NCBI GenBank assembly: GCA_964016885.1
Contig: OZ024748.1
Coordinates: 19,778,001-19,842,000, forward strand
DNA from: Eledone cirrhosa
Lineage: Eukaryota
DNA: 64,000 nucleotides
Reading direction: 5' to 3'
In this document: positions 45,001 through 57,242 of the stretch, piece after piece
How positions within the stretch are numbered: the first letter of the stretch is position 1
Layout: the number at the start of each line of letters is the position of its first letter
Position numbers and translations under genes: made by a program
The notes under the pieces: model-generated
The model's input: only the letters and a program-made list of their open reading frames with translations
What the model was told of the DNA's origin: nothing
Database searches by the model: none

Positions 45001-45340
45001 CTGAGTTCGGTGGACAGTGTTTTCTTTAGCTGTCCCATGTCACCTTACCGACCTTTGCTGTGTTTCCTTCCACCTTGTTCTCTGATTTCGGTGGACAGTG
45101 TTTTCTTTAGCTGTCCCATGTCACCTTACCGACCTTTGCTGTGTTTCCTTCCACCTTGTTCTCTGATTTCGGTGGACAGTGTTTTCTTTAGCTGTCCCAT
45201 GTCACCTTACCGACCTTTGCTGTGTTTCCTTCCACCTTGTTCTCTGATTTCGGTGGACAGTGTTTTCTTTAGCTCTCCCATGTCACCTTACCGACCATTG
45301 GTCTATCTACGTCCATCTTGTTCTCTCGTTTCTTTGGACA
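36043..45340. repeat. 81-bp satellite array, ~9.3 kb, ~114 copies
   Basis: Unit tgtcaccttaccgacctttgctgtgtttccttccaccttgttctctgatttcggtggacagtgttttctttagctgtccca. Degenerate last unit at ~45280-45365; recurrent 80-bp variants. Confidence 0.98.
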
Positions 45341-45802
45341 CTTTTTTATATCTATTTTTTAGCAGGCTAGATGGAAAGGGGCAGCGAATTCCCTTGTTTA
45401 ACCTACCACCACTACAACCACCATCACCACCACCACCAACAGTACCACCAAAACCACCTCCACCACCACCAACAGTACTACCAACAACAAAAACAACGAC
45501 AACAATGATGCTACATTTCTTCTGGAGAGAGGAAGGTAGGGGGAGATTACTGTGTGTGGTCCATCAAGACCCTGTCACGGCACAGAAGAGCGTTGCTTGT
45601 TCTGTGAGTGAGAAGGAATGGAAGAGGGAGGGTCGTAGTTGAACCAATATTTCACTGGTGCTTTATTTATCAACACCGATGGGTTGAAAGATAGATTTTC
45701 TTGGAGGAAGGAACCAGTGGCTGTAATTTATGACAACCTTTTCATAGTGAGAGTATCACCAAGTTTTCACAGGTTTATCCTTTGATGCTGTCTCTCCATT
45801 AT

Positions 45803-46445
45803 TGGCGGTGAATTGGCAGTATCGGTAGAGGGTCGGACGCCATGCTTTGACGCATAGAGTTACGGCCCTTGCCATTCTGAGTTCAAATCCCGCCGAGGTT
45901 AACTTTGACTTTCATCCTTACGGGGTCGATAAAATAAAGTACCAGTAATGTACTGAGTAATTGCTGGCCTTGTGCCAATAGTAGAAACAATTATTTCTCC
46001 TGATATTGGGGGCGGTGGATTGACAGTAATCGGTAGAGCGTCAGACAATATGCAATGCGACATAGAGTTTTGAGTCCAAATCCCGCCAAGGTTAACTTTG
46101 CCTTTCAACCTTACAGGGTCGATAAAATAAAGTACCAGTAATGCACTTGGGTTGATTGAATCGAATTTCCCCCACCCCGCAAAAAAAAATTGTTGACCTT
46201 ATGCCATTATTTCTTCTAACATTGATGGCGGTGGATTGGCAGTATCGGTAGAGCATCGGAGGACATCCATTGTGGCATATATTTACGGCCCTTAACTTTC
46301 TAAGTTCAAATCCCGCCGAAGTTAGCTTTTCCTTTCGTCGTTACTGGGTTGATAAAATAAAGTACCAATAACGCACTGGGGTCGATTTATCGACGACACC
46401 CCTCCCTTCAAATTGCTTGCCTTGGGCCAAAAGTAAAATCAATCG
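45803..46445 (+). mobile_element. Three head-to-tail family-A SINEs of differing age
   Basis: Starts at ~45803, 46008 and 46227, each with A/B boxes and the gtcgataaaataaagtacca core. Confidence 0.9.
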
Positions 46446-46706
46446 TTTCTTTTGACATTTCTTGTTTTATTTCTCCCTTGAATGGAGAAATAATGGTCCT
46501 AGTCTATTCCATCAGATCTTGTCACCTGTTTAGCTGTGACAAGATCTGATGGGGATCTATTATCACTCTGATGAAGTATCAGTACATCCACAGCTAAACA
46601 TTCAACAAACAAGAAGATCGATTCTTTTTCGATTCCCAGTTAAAGATATTTCACTTCGGTTTGAAATACAATCTGGCGAAATTAATTTTTCTTACATCGA
46701 GATTGA

Positions 46707-47075
46707 TGGCGGAAAATTGGCAGAGTCGTTAGAATGTAGGGTAGCATGCTTTGTGATATTTTGTTCGGGCTCTCAGCTCTCAGCACTCTGAGTTCAAATC
46801 CCACCGATGTCAACTTTGCCTTTCATTCTTTCGCGGTCGATAAATATAAAAAGTACCAGTCCAGTACTGGGGGGGGGGTTAATTCTTCCTCTCTAACTCT
46901 TTCTCACTTCCTCTCTCTCACTCTCTATTCTTCTCTGGAAGAAATCTGCTGGGTTCAGATCTGGAGAGGAGATGGGCTCTGCTTGACTTAAAATGCCTCC
47001 CCCCCCCCAAAAAAAAAAATGTTAAAAACATTGTATGAAACTACAGCGCCCCTACAACTCCCTCGGGAGTTAAAG
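46707..47075 (+). mobile_element. Long variant of SINE family A
   Basis: Matches 12233-12550. Confidence 0.82.
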
Positions 47076-47189
47076 AACCATTCATGCATAGATGGAAATG
47101 GATATTAATTTATCTAATCGGAACCTCAACAACTGAAGTCGACTTAGGCAAGATTTAAACTCCGAACAAAAGGATCCACATCAATATAT

Positions 47190-47364
47190 ATCGGTAGAGG
47201 GTCGGGCGCCATGCTTTGCAGCAAAGTGTTACGGCCCATTATGATCTGTGTTCAAATCCTGCCGAGGTTAACTTTGCCTTTCATCCTTACGGGGTCGATA
47301 AAATAAAGTACCAGTAATACACTGGTATAATTGCTGGCCTTGTGTCAAAAGTAGAAACAATTAT
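47190..47364 (+). mobile_element. SINE family A (5' clipped)
   Basis: Consensus match. Confidence 0.88.
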
Positions 47365-47365
47365 G

Positions 47366-47689
<324 letters not shown>

Positions 47690-48084
47690 TGTGTGCGTGT
47701 GTGTGCGTGTGTGAGTCTGTGTGTATTTATTTGTTTGTATGTATGTGTGTGTATGCATGCATATATGTATATATGTGTGCGTACGTGTGTATAAACGCAT
47801 TTCTGCCAAACGAACGTTAAAACAATTACTGAATGGCTAAGTACCATGTAATGACACAAACACACATATAAGCAACTGCAACACAATGAAAGTACTCAAT
47901 ATCTAATAATAGAGTGTATATTAAATGATTATGAATAAATACTCTGAATGTGTACTAGTATCTCAATACATTGGTATTTCTTCAAAAATAAGACTGCAAG
48001 GTACCTAATCGTTAATAAATTAAATATAGTTGTAATTACGGTTGTCTATCCGTGTTTGAGGAAATGAAATGCAATTTAGATTTA

Positions 48085-48460
48085 ATTGGCCTCCTACAAG
48101 GTTTTCTTTCGTGTTTTAATTATAAGGGAGACAGGTATATCGTTTTTGTCACATATGTGGGGTTAACTGGCCCCACTAAGAGGTCGTGTCTCATAAGAGG
48201 CTTCGTTCGAGTTTTAATAATAAGGTCCTCAGTTCTATTATGTTGTTTTTGTTACAGCTCATATCTGTAGGTTTCGCTGGCCCTTTAAGAGGGTGTATCT
48301 CATAGGAAGTTTCTTGTGTGTTTTAATGATAAAGGGACCAGTCTTAGCTTATTGCGTTTGTTATAGCTCACAGTTACGAAGATTTACCTGGCATCTGACC
48401 AGCTTGTACTTCATAAGAGGTTATTGGTTGTTTTAATGACAGAGGCCTCAGTTCTATCAT
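48085..48460. repeat. Old degenerate tandem repeat, ~100-115 bp, 3-4 copies
   Basis: Recurrent gttttaat.ataa.gg, tgt(t/c)a.agctca, ctggc, tcata(a)gagg blocks. Confidence 0.65.
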
Positions 48461-48524
48461 AAAAAGCAAGATGAAAAACTTGCTTGAATGACGGTTCCTT
48501 CTCTGAAGATCTTCTGATCTCTGA

Positions 48525-48571
<47 letters not shown>

Positions 48572-48766
48572 AATAAATTATCGAGAATCGGAACTTCGGC
48601 CCACGAAATAACGAAACACAATCTTCGAAATGTGCGGCAAAGTGCTCAATAGTTCGGATAAACCAGAGCTATAACTAACGTTTAATACCAACACACTGAG
48701 ACGATGCTTAAACAATCATTCGCACAGCCAAAAATACGACCAAGAAATTTCGGGTCAGACAAATAA

Positions 48767-48814
<48 letters not shown>

Positions 48815-48858
48815 AAATTAAATAAAAGTCAAATGATTAAAATTTAGCTTCGTTTATT

Positions 48859-48913
48859 ACTGCTATATATATTTCAGTGACAGCCATCTTTGGCTGTGAC
48901 CTCTTCAGGCAGT
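48859..48913 (-). ncRNA. Hammerhead ribozyme motif (minus-strand mirror copy)
   Basis: Reverse complement of 49140-49194. Confidence 0.85.
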
Positions 48914-49139
48914 TTGAATTAGTATGGTATAGACAAGTACATATGTTGTTTAGGTGTAGGATATTGTCAATACTCTGATATGCCCAGTTCCTTGTTGGGT
49001 TGTTAATTCACTGGGGAACTGGATATGACTCCAGTTCCCCAGTGAATTAACAACCCAACAAGGAACTGGGCATATCAGAGTATTGACAATATCCTACACC
49101 TAAACAACATATGTACTTGTCTATACCATACTAATTCAA

Positions 49140-49194
49140 ACTGCCTGAAGAGGTCACAGCCAAAGATGGCTGTCACTGAAATATATATAGCAGT
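49140..49194 (+). ncRNA. Minimal type-I hammerhead ribozyme motif
   Basis: ACUGC-CUGAAGA-GGUcACAGCCA aaga UGGCUGUcACU-GAAA uauaua UA|GCAGU: 5-bp stem I, palindromic loop III. Confidence 0.87.
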
Positions 49195-49340
49195 AATAAA
49201 CGAAGCTAAATTTTAATCATTTGACTTTTATTTAACTTTATTTTACACTACTCCGGTGTAACCAAACCAACCTGCGCACTTCGTCGAGTGCTCCAGCCTG
49301 CATACTGAGGTGTTGGTATACAACCAACATAAACTCAAAA

Positions 49341-49409
<69 letters not shown>

Positions 49410-49414
<5 letters not shown>

Positions 49415-49559
49415 TAAGTCCTTCATCAGTGGCCTTCCAACCGTCTTAGGCATTTCATCGCTTTAAAAGCGATGAAATGCCTAGGACGGTTGGAAGGCCA
49501 CTGATGAAGGACTTACTTTTTCATATGTAACCCATTTGCAACGCCGCAGCTCCATTATT

Positions 49560-49563
<4 letters not shown>
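49410..49563. mobile_element. Foldback element F8 (55-bp arms, apex 49465)
   Basis: 49410-49464/49466-49520 inverted; GAAA-ugcc-UA at 49474-49483. TA-flanked. Confidence 0.82.
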
Positions 49564-49621
<58 letters not shown>

Positions 49622-49625
<4 letters not shown>

Positions 49626-49877
49626 TGTTGAAGTTTCCGTGGAAAAAGTAAAAGGAATGAAGAGTGGTATATGTAAGTAACAGAGCTAAATATTTAATGT
49701 ATAATAAACAACACAGTATAATTACCACATTACCTGAGGTTTCCCGAACAGGATGAACACAAGAGACGTCCGCATTCGTACGCCTGACGAACGAATACGG
49801 ACGTCTTTTGTGTTCATCCTGTTCGGGAAACCTCGGGTAATGTGGTAATTATACTGTGTTGTTTATTATACATTACA
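49622..49877. mobile_element. Foldback element F9 (85-bp arms; loop 49780-49790 contains CUGACGA)
   Basis: Arms 49695-49779/49791-49875; CUGACGA at 49784-49790 and GAAAC cucgg GUA at 49827-49839. Confidence 0.82.
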
Positions 49878-50036
49878 TATATATATATATATATTGTTAT
49901 ACTTTGGGAGGGTCATGTTGCCAATAAGAAACACACTCACCAGTTGCTTTCACTTCAATTTATTATATAATTATAAATTTACAAATTTATAAATTTCTGG
50001 TTGGTTGGTTCCACAACCAGATAGTTGTTTATATAT

Positions 50037-50081
50037 AGTCATAGTTCTTTCGTCACACACTCTGTGACCTCTTCAGTGACT
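50037..50081 (-). ncRNA. Minimal type-I hammerhead ribozyme motif
   Basis: Minus: AGUCA-CUGAAGA-gGUCACA gagug UGUGAC-GAAAG aa CUA|UGACU, in TA-flanked island ~49894-50243. Confidence 0.82.
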
Positions 50082-50240
50082 GGGGAATCCTTTCTTTGTT
50101 TCTGTGCCTCTCCTTTGTTCTGTCCTACGCCATTTTGTTTCTGTGTGTGTGTTGTGTGCTCAGTCTGCCTCCCAAAGTATAACGATATCGGTTTCAACAC
50201 ACGATTTCAGTTAAAGAATCTTGCTAAACAAATTCAGAAA

Positions 50241-50320
<80 letters not shown>

Positions 50321-50447
50321 TCCTGGCTTTAAGAACTCCGTTAGTAACTAATCAACCCAGTCATTGAATGCCGCAATACTCATCCTCGAAACCGACGGAG
50401 ATCCATTTACTTTCATAGGTGGATTTAGAATCATACACACACACACG

Positions 50448-50511
<64 letters not shown>

Positions 50512-50547
50512 TGTGTGTGTATTCAGACACTCACACACATACACAGA

Positions 50548-50608
<61 letters not shown>

Positions 50609-50921
50609 AGCAGCACAGAAACATGTTCTCAAATATCTCTCGGATGTATCCATTGGCAAATTGTTCCCCAAAGGTTTTACCGTTTTCTTCAGATTTCATA
50701 AAAATCTGCATCTGCTTCTATCGTTAGTTAACTGTATGTATGTATATATGTATGTATATATGTATGTTCGTATGTATGTATGTATGTATGTATGTACGTA
50801 TTTATGAACGGATGTATGTATGTATGTATGTACGTATTTATGTATGTATGTTTGTGTATATATGGGTATATATATATATTTATATAAACATTATTACCAT
50901 ACATTAACTGGTGGTTGTAAA

Positions 50922-50967
<46 letters not shown>

Positions 50968-51261
50968 GGCTCTCTGGGTCTCCCTCTTTTTCTGTCTAAC
51001 TCTGTCTCTTCTACTCCATTTACTTTCTCTCTCTCTCTTTCTACCCCTCTCCCTCTACCCCCTCTCTCTCTGTCACCATCTCTCTCCCTGTCTCATATAT
51101 TCCTCTCTTTATAAATTCGTTTAAGTAGATACATATATACTTATATCCATAATAGAGAATGATTGCAGCTGCATGCTCCGTAACAGAAGAGGTAAAGTCG
51201 CGGTTATCAGAGGTCAGTGTTGTGGTTTCAATACCTAAATAAAGATACTTTATTTCACTTG

Positions 51262-51590
51262 TGATGTCATAGGGTAAATATTTATGATGTCGTAAGGTAA
51301 ATATATATAACATCGTAGGACAAATATATATGATATCGTAGAACAAATATTTATGATATCGTAGGGTAAATATTTATGATGTCGTAAGGTAAATATATAT
51401 ATATAACATCGTAGGACAAATATATATGATGTCGTAGAGCAAATATTTATGATGTCGTAGGGTAAATATATATGATGTTGTACGGAAAATATATATGAAA
51501 ATCATAGAGCAAATATTTATGAGGTCGTAGGACAAATAGTTATGATGCCGTAGGGCAAATATATATGATGCTATAGGTTAAATATTTATA
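51262..51590. repeat. ~22-25 bp minisatellite (gtcgtagggtaaatatttatgat), about 14 diverged copies
   Basis: Direct reading. Confidence 0.88.
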
Positions 51591-51697
51591 TTTACATCTG
51601 TCTATGCATAGACTGCATTGCTAAATACATACATATATATATATAAGTAGGCCGAATTTACTTGCAAACCGCCAGAGATTCGATTTTACTGCTTTCC

Positions 51698-51760
<63 letters not shown>

Positions 51761-51761
<1 letters not shown>

Positions 51762-52319
51762 AAAATTAAGATAAATTAAATGAATTTAATCTAAATCGAA
51801 ATTGTGGGTGTCATGCCATAACGGCGTGCGCCATATCGCCCGGAAAATAATCTCAAAGATTTTGTAGGTCCGATTTTGTAGGTTGGATATAGATATATAA
51901 ATACGGCTCCTTAATTGTAGAGCTAACTCTGTTGAAAGGAATCGACTGCTGTTTCTAGTTGTCGAATACCTATTCACGCCACTGAGACGAAGCTACTGTG
52001 ATGTGTAAGAACAACATGTGGTAGCGGCCAGTTGAAGATTTGAACTCGCTGTGTAAGCATGGATTGCTGGACAATTGTTCTTCCTTGTTGATAATCCAAT
52101 AATATCCTCTTTCCGTGACTTACCATGTGAATAATTGGTGAAATATATTTCTTTAATGGAATATATACAGGGAAGATTAATCATATTAAAAGGTATCTAT
52201 TTTTGAAGTTCTAGTCAACTTTATTTATTTGTTACCTACTAGCTATGCGTGGTTACACGCTTGTAAAAATTATCTCCTGTGATTATTCATGTTTATATAT
52301 ATGTTAATCAATTTCTAGT

Positions 52320-52322
<3 letters not shown>
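51761..52322. mobile_element. TA-flanked element F11, inverted-tail/direct-body arrangement
   Basis: 51761-51870 is the reverse complement of ~56705-56815; 52086-52320 is the reverse complement of ~56341-56582. Confidence 0.75.
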
Positions 52323-52367
<45 letters not shown>

Positions 52368-52370
<3 letters not shown>

Positions 52371-52703
52371 CAAGGACGAATGGTTACTCCTTCGTTACGT
52401 TTATTGGTTGGTGACGCGCGTTTCGCAATTGATCAGCTCAAGGTTCGATCCGTATCGATCTAGCCCGACTCCGTAATCAATGGCTCGTTGGACCTCTGTA
52501 GTAGTAATGACTACTACAGAGGTCCAACGAGCCATCAATAACGAAACGCGCGTCACCAACCAATAAACGTAACGAAAGAGTTACTATTCGTCCTTGATTT
52601 ATTATACGACACCCTGTCTAGCTCTACACCTTGATACCGACCTGAACCTAAACATTGAGTACTCACCCGGGTGAACCTACGGTAAGTCCGCGTTACACTC
52701 CCT

Positions 52704-52706
<3 letters not shown>
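52368..52706. mobile_element. Foldback family F6, copy 2 (apex 52506-52509)
   Basis: Both arms carry GGU-CCAACGA...GAAAC gcgc GUC|ACC; the right arm has lost most of stem II. Tail is the reverse complement of 29131-29235. Confidence 0.8.
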
Positions 52707-52755
<49 letters not shown>

Positions 52756-53209
52756 AGGCAGTGGATATAAAACTATAACTTTCTTTTGCTTCTTCTTTTT
52801 ATTTTTATTTTTCTGCACACATACTTTTTTGTTTTATACAAAAAATACCCTACCACTACAACCACCATAATACTCTTGCTTACCCGCTTAAAGTGCTTGC
52901 ATTAAATGTAACACCTTGCCACACATTAATCGTATAAAAATGAGACACACTTGCATGCTCCATGTGTAGCTAACGCATACACTACCTACTAGATCTCACT
53001 ATCAAACTATCCTCTTGCATTATCTGAGTTATCTGCCGAATGTATTTTAATTTTGATTTTGATTTTGATTTTGAATTTGAATTGCTGTACAAAAATAGTA
53101 TAGTATAATATATGTCACTCCAGTGTACATCAATATATATATATATATATGTATCTGTATGTCTCTTGCGTTGGAAAGGAGGTCAATTATGTGTACAAAC
53201 ATTGAAAAA

Positions 53210-53256
53210 TGCTCCGAAGACTCCAAGCCTAGGTTTGGATGAAACAATTGTAAGTG
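53210..53256 (+). ncRNA. Minimal hammerhead motif with CCGAAGA core variant
   Basis: UGCU-CCGAAGA-cUCCAAGC cuag GUUUGGAu-GAAAC aauu GUA|AGUG. Stem II stays paired despite differences from 7015-7061. Confidence 0.7.
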
Positions 53257-53286
53257 AATAAATGCTTTGAACATAGCTTTGATTCT

Positions 53287-53379
<93 letters not shown>

Positions 53380-53639
53380 CTTACTTATTTATTTACTTAT
53401 TTATTCATTATTATTATTATTATGAGGTTAACTTTGCCTTTCATCCTTACGGGGTCGATAAAATAAAGAACCAGTCATGCACTGGGGTCAATTTAATCGA
53501 CCCCCCCCCCCCCAATATCGATGGCCTTGTGCCTATATAAGAAACCTTTATTTCTATATTATAACTTTGAAATAATATGCTGTTAATGGACCAATAAATC
53601 ATTAGTCTATCTAGCAGAAAACCACCCGAGGGTGGTTTT

Positions 53640-54168
53640 CTGCTAGCATGTGTAGTGTGTATATTGATATTATACGCAAGTATATATACATGTAAATATG
53701 ATACATCAAATAAAATCGTAATTGACAATATACACAGAAATTGAACGAAGTCTGTGTTACACTCTCTTATGTAATCAGTAACGTAATCCATGATACATTA
53801 AAAAAGACGATATTATATATCTGCTAGCATGTGTAGTGTGTATATTATACTCAAGTATATATGCATGTAGATATGATCAAATAAAATCGTAATTGACAAT
53901 ATACACAGAAATTGAACGAAGTCTGTGTTACACTCTCTTATGTAATCAGTAACGTAATCCATGATACATTAAAAAAGACGATATTATATATCTGCTAGCA
54001 TGTGTAGTGTGTATATTATACGCAAGTATATATGCATGTAGATATGATACATCAAATAAAATCGTAATTGACAATATACACAGAAATTGTACGAAGACTG
54101 CGTTACACTGTCTTATGTAATCAGTAACGTAATCCATGATACGTTAAAAAAAGACGGTATTATATATA
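53640..54168. repeat. Three tandem copies of an ~171-181 bp unit
   Basis: Starts ctgctagcatgtgtagtgtg at 53640, 53821 and 53992. Preceded by hairpin ctagcagaaaaccacc cga gggtggttttctgctag. Confidence 0.92.
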
Positions 54169-55296
54169 AACTGCAATAGGAGAAAATTAGTGACAGAAAT
54201 ATATGTATGTTTATTTAAACAATCGCTAACCGGAAGTGTTAGCGATTAAAAGAACATTTTAAAGAAGTGAATCTTTAAATAAGTAATAAAATATATTTAA
54301 TGAACAGCCACGAAATTTAGTGGATAAATTATGTAATATTCATTCATTGTTTATTCAAAGTAATTCAACTTATTTTACTAAGGTGATAAACAATTATAAA
54401 CCGTACGCAGTCCCGCTCTTCTTACTTTATTATAGTTTAGATTATGAAAAAACGTGTCAAATGTAACTAAGTTTCTCCGAATCCTTTAATTCCATGCAAA
54501 CAGAGGATCTATAAGCAATGTCTCTGTGGACAGTTAAGTTAATACTTAATCGCTGGTGAAATCCCCAAACCGGGATTAAAGTTAGTCCGGCTAATTCTTA
54601 TTTTTTCTGTCTGCAATAATAGTGTCTATAAATACATTTACATCTGTGCATTTTATTTATTCAGTGGGGCTGGGTGGCTGGCTGCATTTCTCATTTGCTC
54701 ATTCAAAGAACAAAGGGAAAGATGAGGACAAACGCGAACGTTTCACCAAACCAAACTTAGTTTAAATCCTGCTGTAAGATTTAATCCTAGTTGATAGGTT
54801 TAATCCTAGTTGATACTCCAAAATATGGTTTAAAAACCATCACATGGGACCTGATGTACCACAACTAAAGGTACCTCAGCAATCATGCGATTGTATTAAA
54901 CTATATTTTGGAGTACAGCTATCACCTAAGTAGGTTAGATCGGGATTTGAACTAGGAAAGAAAAGACCTAGTACTTGCAAGCCATTTAATCCAAAGCTCT
55001 AAGAATTACGCTGCACCATCAGAGCCACCAGCTCATTATTTTATCGACAACCTAAAGATGAAGATCGAAGTTGATCTCGGTGAGATTTTGTGCACAGAGG
55101 ACAGTGAGCCGGCACAAGTACGACAACGTATGTTGTGCTATGTACAATATAATAACTAAAACTTCACTTATTTGATAGGTTAATTATTTGAAATCCTCTT
55201 TGAGGTAATCGGTAAAGAAGTCGAGCAGCATAAAACAGGTAGAAGGTTTTATACACTGTTTCGACTTTTGTTCGTAATTGTCTTATGTAAGAATGT

Positions 55297-55349
<53 letters not shown>

Positions 55350-55384
55350 GTATGTATATATATGTGTGTGTGTGTGTATATGTG

Positions 55385-55440
<56 letters not shown>

Positions 55441-55545
55441 CATGATGTCCCTCCCCCAAAATGTATACACACTTTGATTACCTGTACTGACAATATTTAT
55501 TAAAATGCTGTTGAAGTGTGTATATATATTTTTGGGGACACCCTG
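55441..55545. mobile_element. ~105-bp Tc1/mariner-type MITE
   Basis: Right TIR ...tttttggggacaccctg|ta; decayed left TIR; subterminal tatacacactt/aagtgtgtata; TA flanks. Confidence 0.6.
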
Positions 55546-55694
55546 TATATATATATATATACATATAGTAAGTTTTTGAAACAGCGACGAGTTTGAAATT
55601 AGAAATAGAAGCTTTCGCCGTATTTTTGACTAAAGAAATTTTAACCTGATAGTGGGGTTTAGAACTCTCTAAAAACTGGGAAAAGATGAGTATT

Positions 55695-55745
<51 letters not shown>

Positions 55746-56096
55746 GCGTGTTTAACACACAATATGTACTTGACGTAACGTGAATAAAAAGCAAACATTT
55801 TAATTCATTAGTAAGACATTTCAGTAACATTAAATATGAGAATGAGGGAGAAATCTTCACTTAACTGGTTTTTTCGTAATAGGTCGAAAGAAAATCTTGG
55901 TTCGTACGGAAGTCACGGGTACACGTGAGCTCGAAGAGTGAGTGTTACCAAATGTAACGATATCATAATTACGTCGTGCAACTTCTTGTGTCTAGAGGTA
56001 CCTCAGTATGTACGAGACAAAACGTGTTACAAGCTGAAGGTATGTACAATAATAATACCGTAACGTGTGTTTTGTATATATATATATATATATATA

Positions 56097-56294
56097 TAAA
56101 ATACAATATGTTGAAAAGGTAACACACTAGAGAGAGATAGTGTGCCATCAATAAAACATTTTATTGATGGCACACTATCTCTCTCTAGTGTGTTACCTTT
56201 TCAACATATTGTATTTTAAAGAGCTCAGGATTCCTTCTCCTTTGAGCACATTATTAACAGGGAATAGCGAGAGTCTATGGCTCCGTTAATTTAT

Positions 56295-56298
<4 letters not shown>
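56097..56298. mobile_element. Foldback element F10 (60-bp arms, loop 56157-56158, tail)
   Basis: Perfect inverted repeat between (TA)n tracts; no hammerhead seen. Confidence 0.8.
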
Positions 56299-56339
<41 letters not shown>

Positions 56340-56342
<3 letters not shown>

Positions 56343-56813
56343 AGAAATTGATCAACATATATATAAAAATATATAAACATGAATAATCACAGGAGATAAT
56401 TTTTACAAGCGTGTAACCACGCATGGCTAGTAGGTAACAAATAAATAAAGTTAACTAGAACTTCAAAAATAGATACCTTTTAATGATTAATCTTCCCTGA
56501 ATATATTTCATTAAAGAAATATATTTCACCAATTAATCAGATGGTAAGTCACAGAAAGTGGATATTATTGGATTATCAACAATTTATTTATTTGTTACCT
56601 ACTAGCCATGCGTGGTTACACGCTTGTAAAAATTATCTCCTGTGATTATTCATGTTTATATTTTTTTATATATATGTTGATCAATTTCTAGTTATTAAAT
56701 GCTCGCACCTACAAAGTCTTTGAGCTTATTTTCCGGGCGATATGGCGCACGCCGTTAAGGCGTGACACCCACAATTTCGATTTAGATTGAATTCATTTAA
56801 TTTATCTTAATTT

Positions 56814-56815
<2 letters not shown>
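56340..56815. mobile_element. Element F11, copy 2 (arms ~56341-56448/56584-56690, tail)
   Basis: Internal inverted repeat; homology to 51761-52322. Confidence 0.78.
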
Positions 56816-56857
<42 letters not shown>

Positions 56858-56976
56858 TGAAGAATAACACAGATCGACTGTACAATAGGGTTTATTCAAA
56901 GTATTGACAAATGCTTCATTAGTCTAGTGTGTCTAAAAACCGGTGTTCGATTGGCTTAAACGATACCTCGTTGACT

Positions 56977-57022
<46 letters not shown>

Positions 57023-57024
<2 letters not shown>

Positions 57025-57204
57025 GGGTGTGCACAAAACACGTATACACACTTTGATTACCTGTACAGGCAATATTTATTAGAATGCTATTGAAGTGTGT
57101 ATATATATATGTCCCCAAACATATATACACACTTCAATAGCATTCTAATAAATATTGCCTGTACAGTTAATCAAAGTGTGTATACGTGTTTTGTGCACAC
57201 TCTG
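57023..57204. mobile_element. Inverted dimer of the mariner-type MITE
   Basis: Termini cagggtgtgcacaaaa/ttttgtgcacactctg; each arm is homologous to 55441-55545. Confidence 0.7.
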
Positions 57205-57242
57205 CATATATATACAGAGGGAGAGAGAGAAAGAGATATTTA

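Larger units (their letters stand above)
48809..49340. mobile_element. Foldback element F7: 206-bp arms (48818-49023/49030-49235), 6-nt loop, ~95-bp tail
   Basis: No mismatch seen between the arms by eye. Flanked by (TA)n and (CT)n(TA)n. Confidence 0.9.

Noticed and set aside
35965-45642. 851-aa, 898-aa and other long plus-strand ORFs
   Set aside because: Translations of the 81-bp satellite. Frameshifting 80-bp units and stops are propagated, and there is no unique domain.
49491-49520. ctgatga at 49501 as a hammerhead core
   Set aside because: No stem II/GAAA follows it.
54664-54780. Candidate coding exon after ttttatttattcag
   Set aside because: All three frames hit a stop before the next GTAAG, and there is no recognisable homology.
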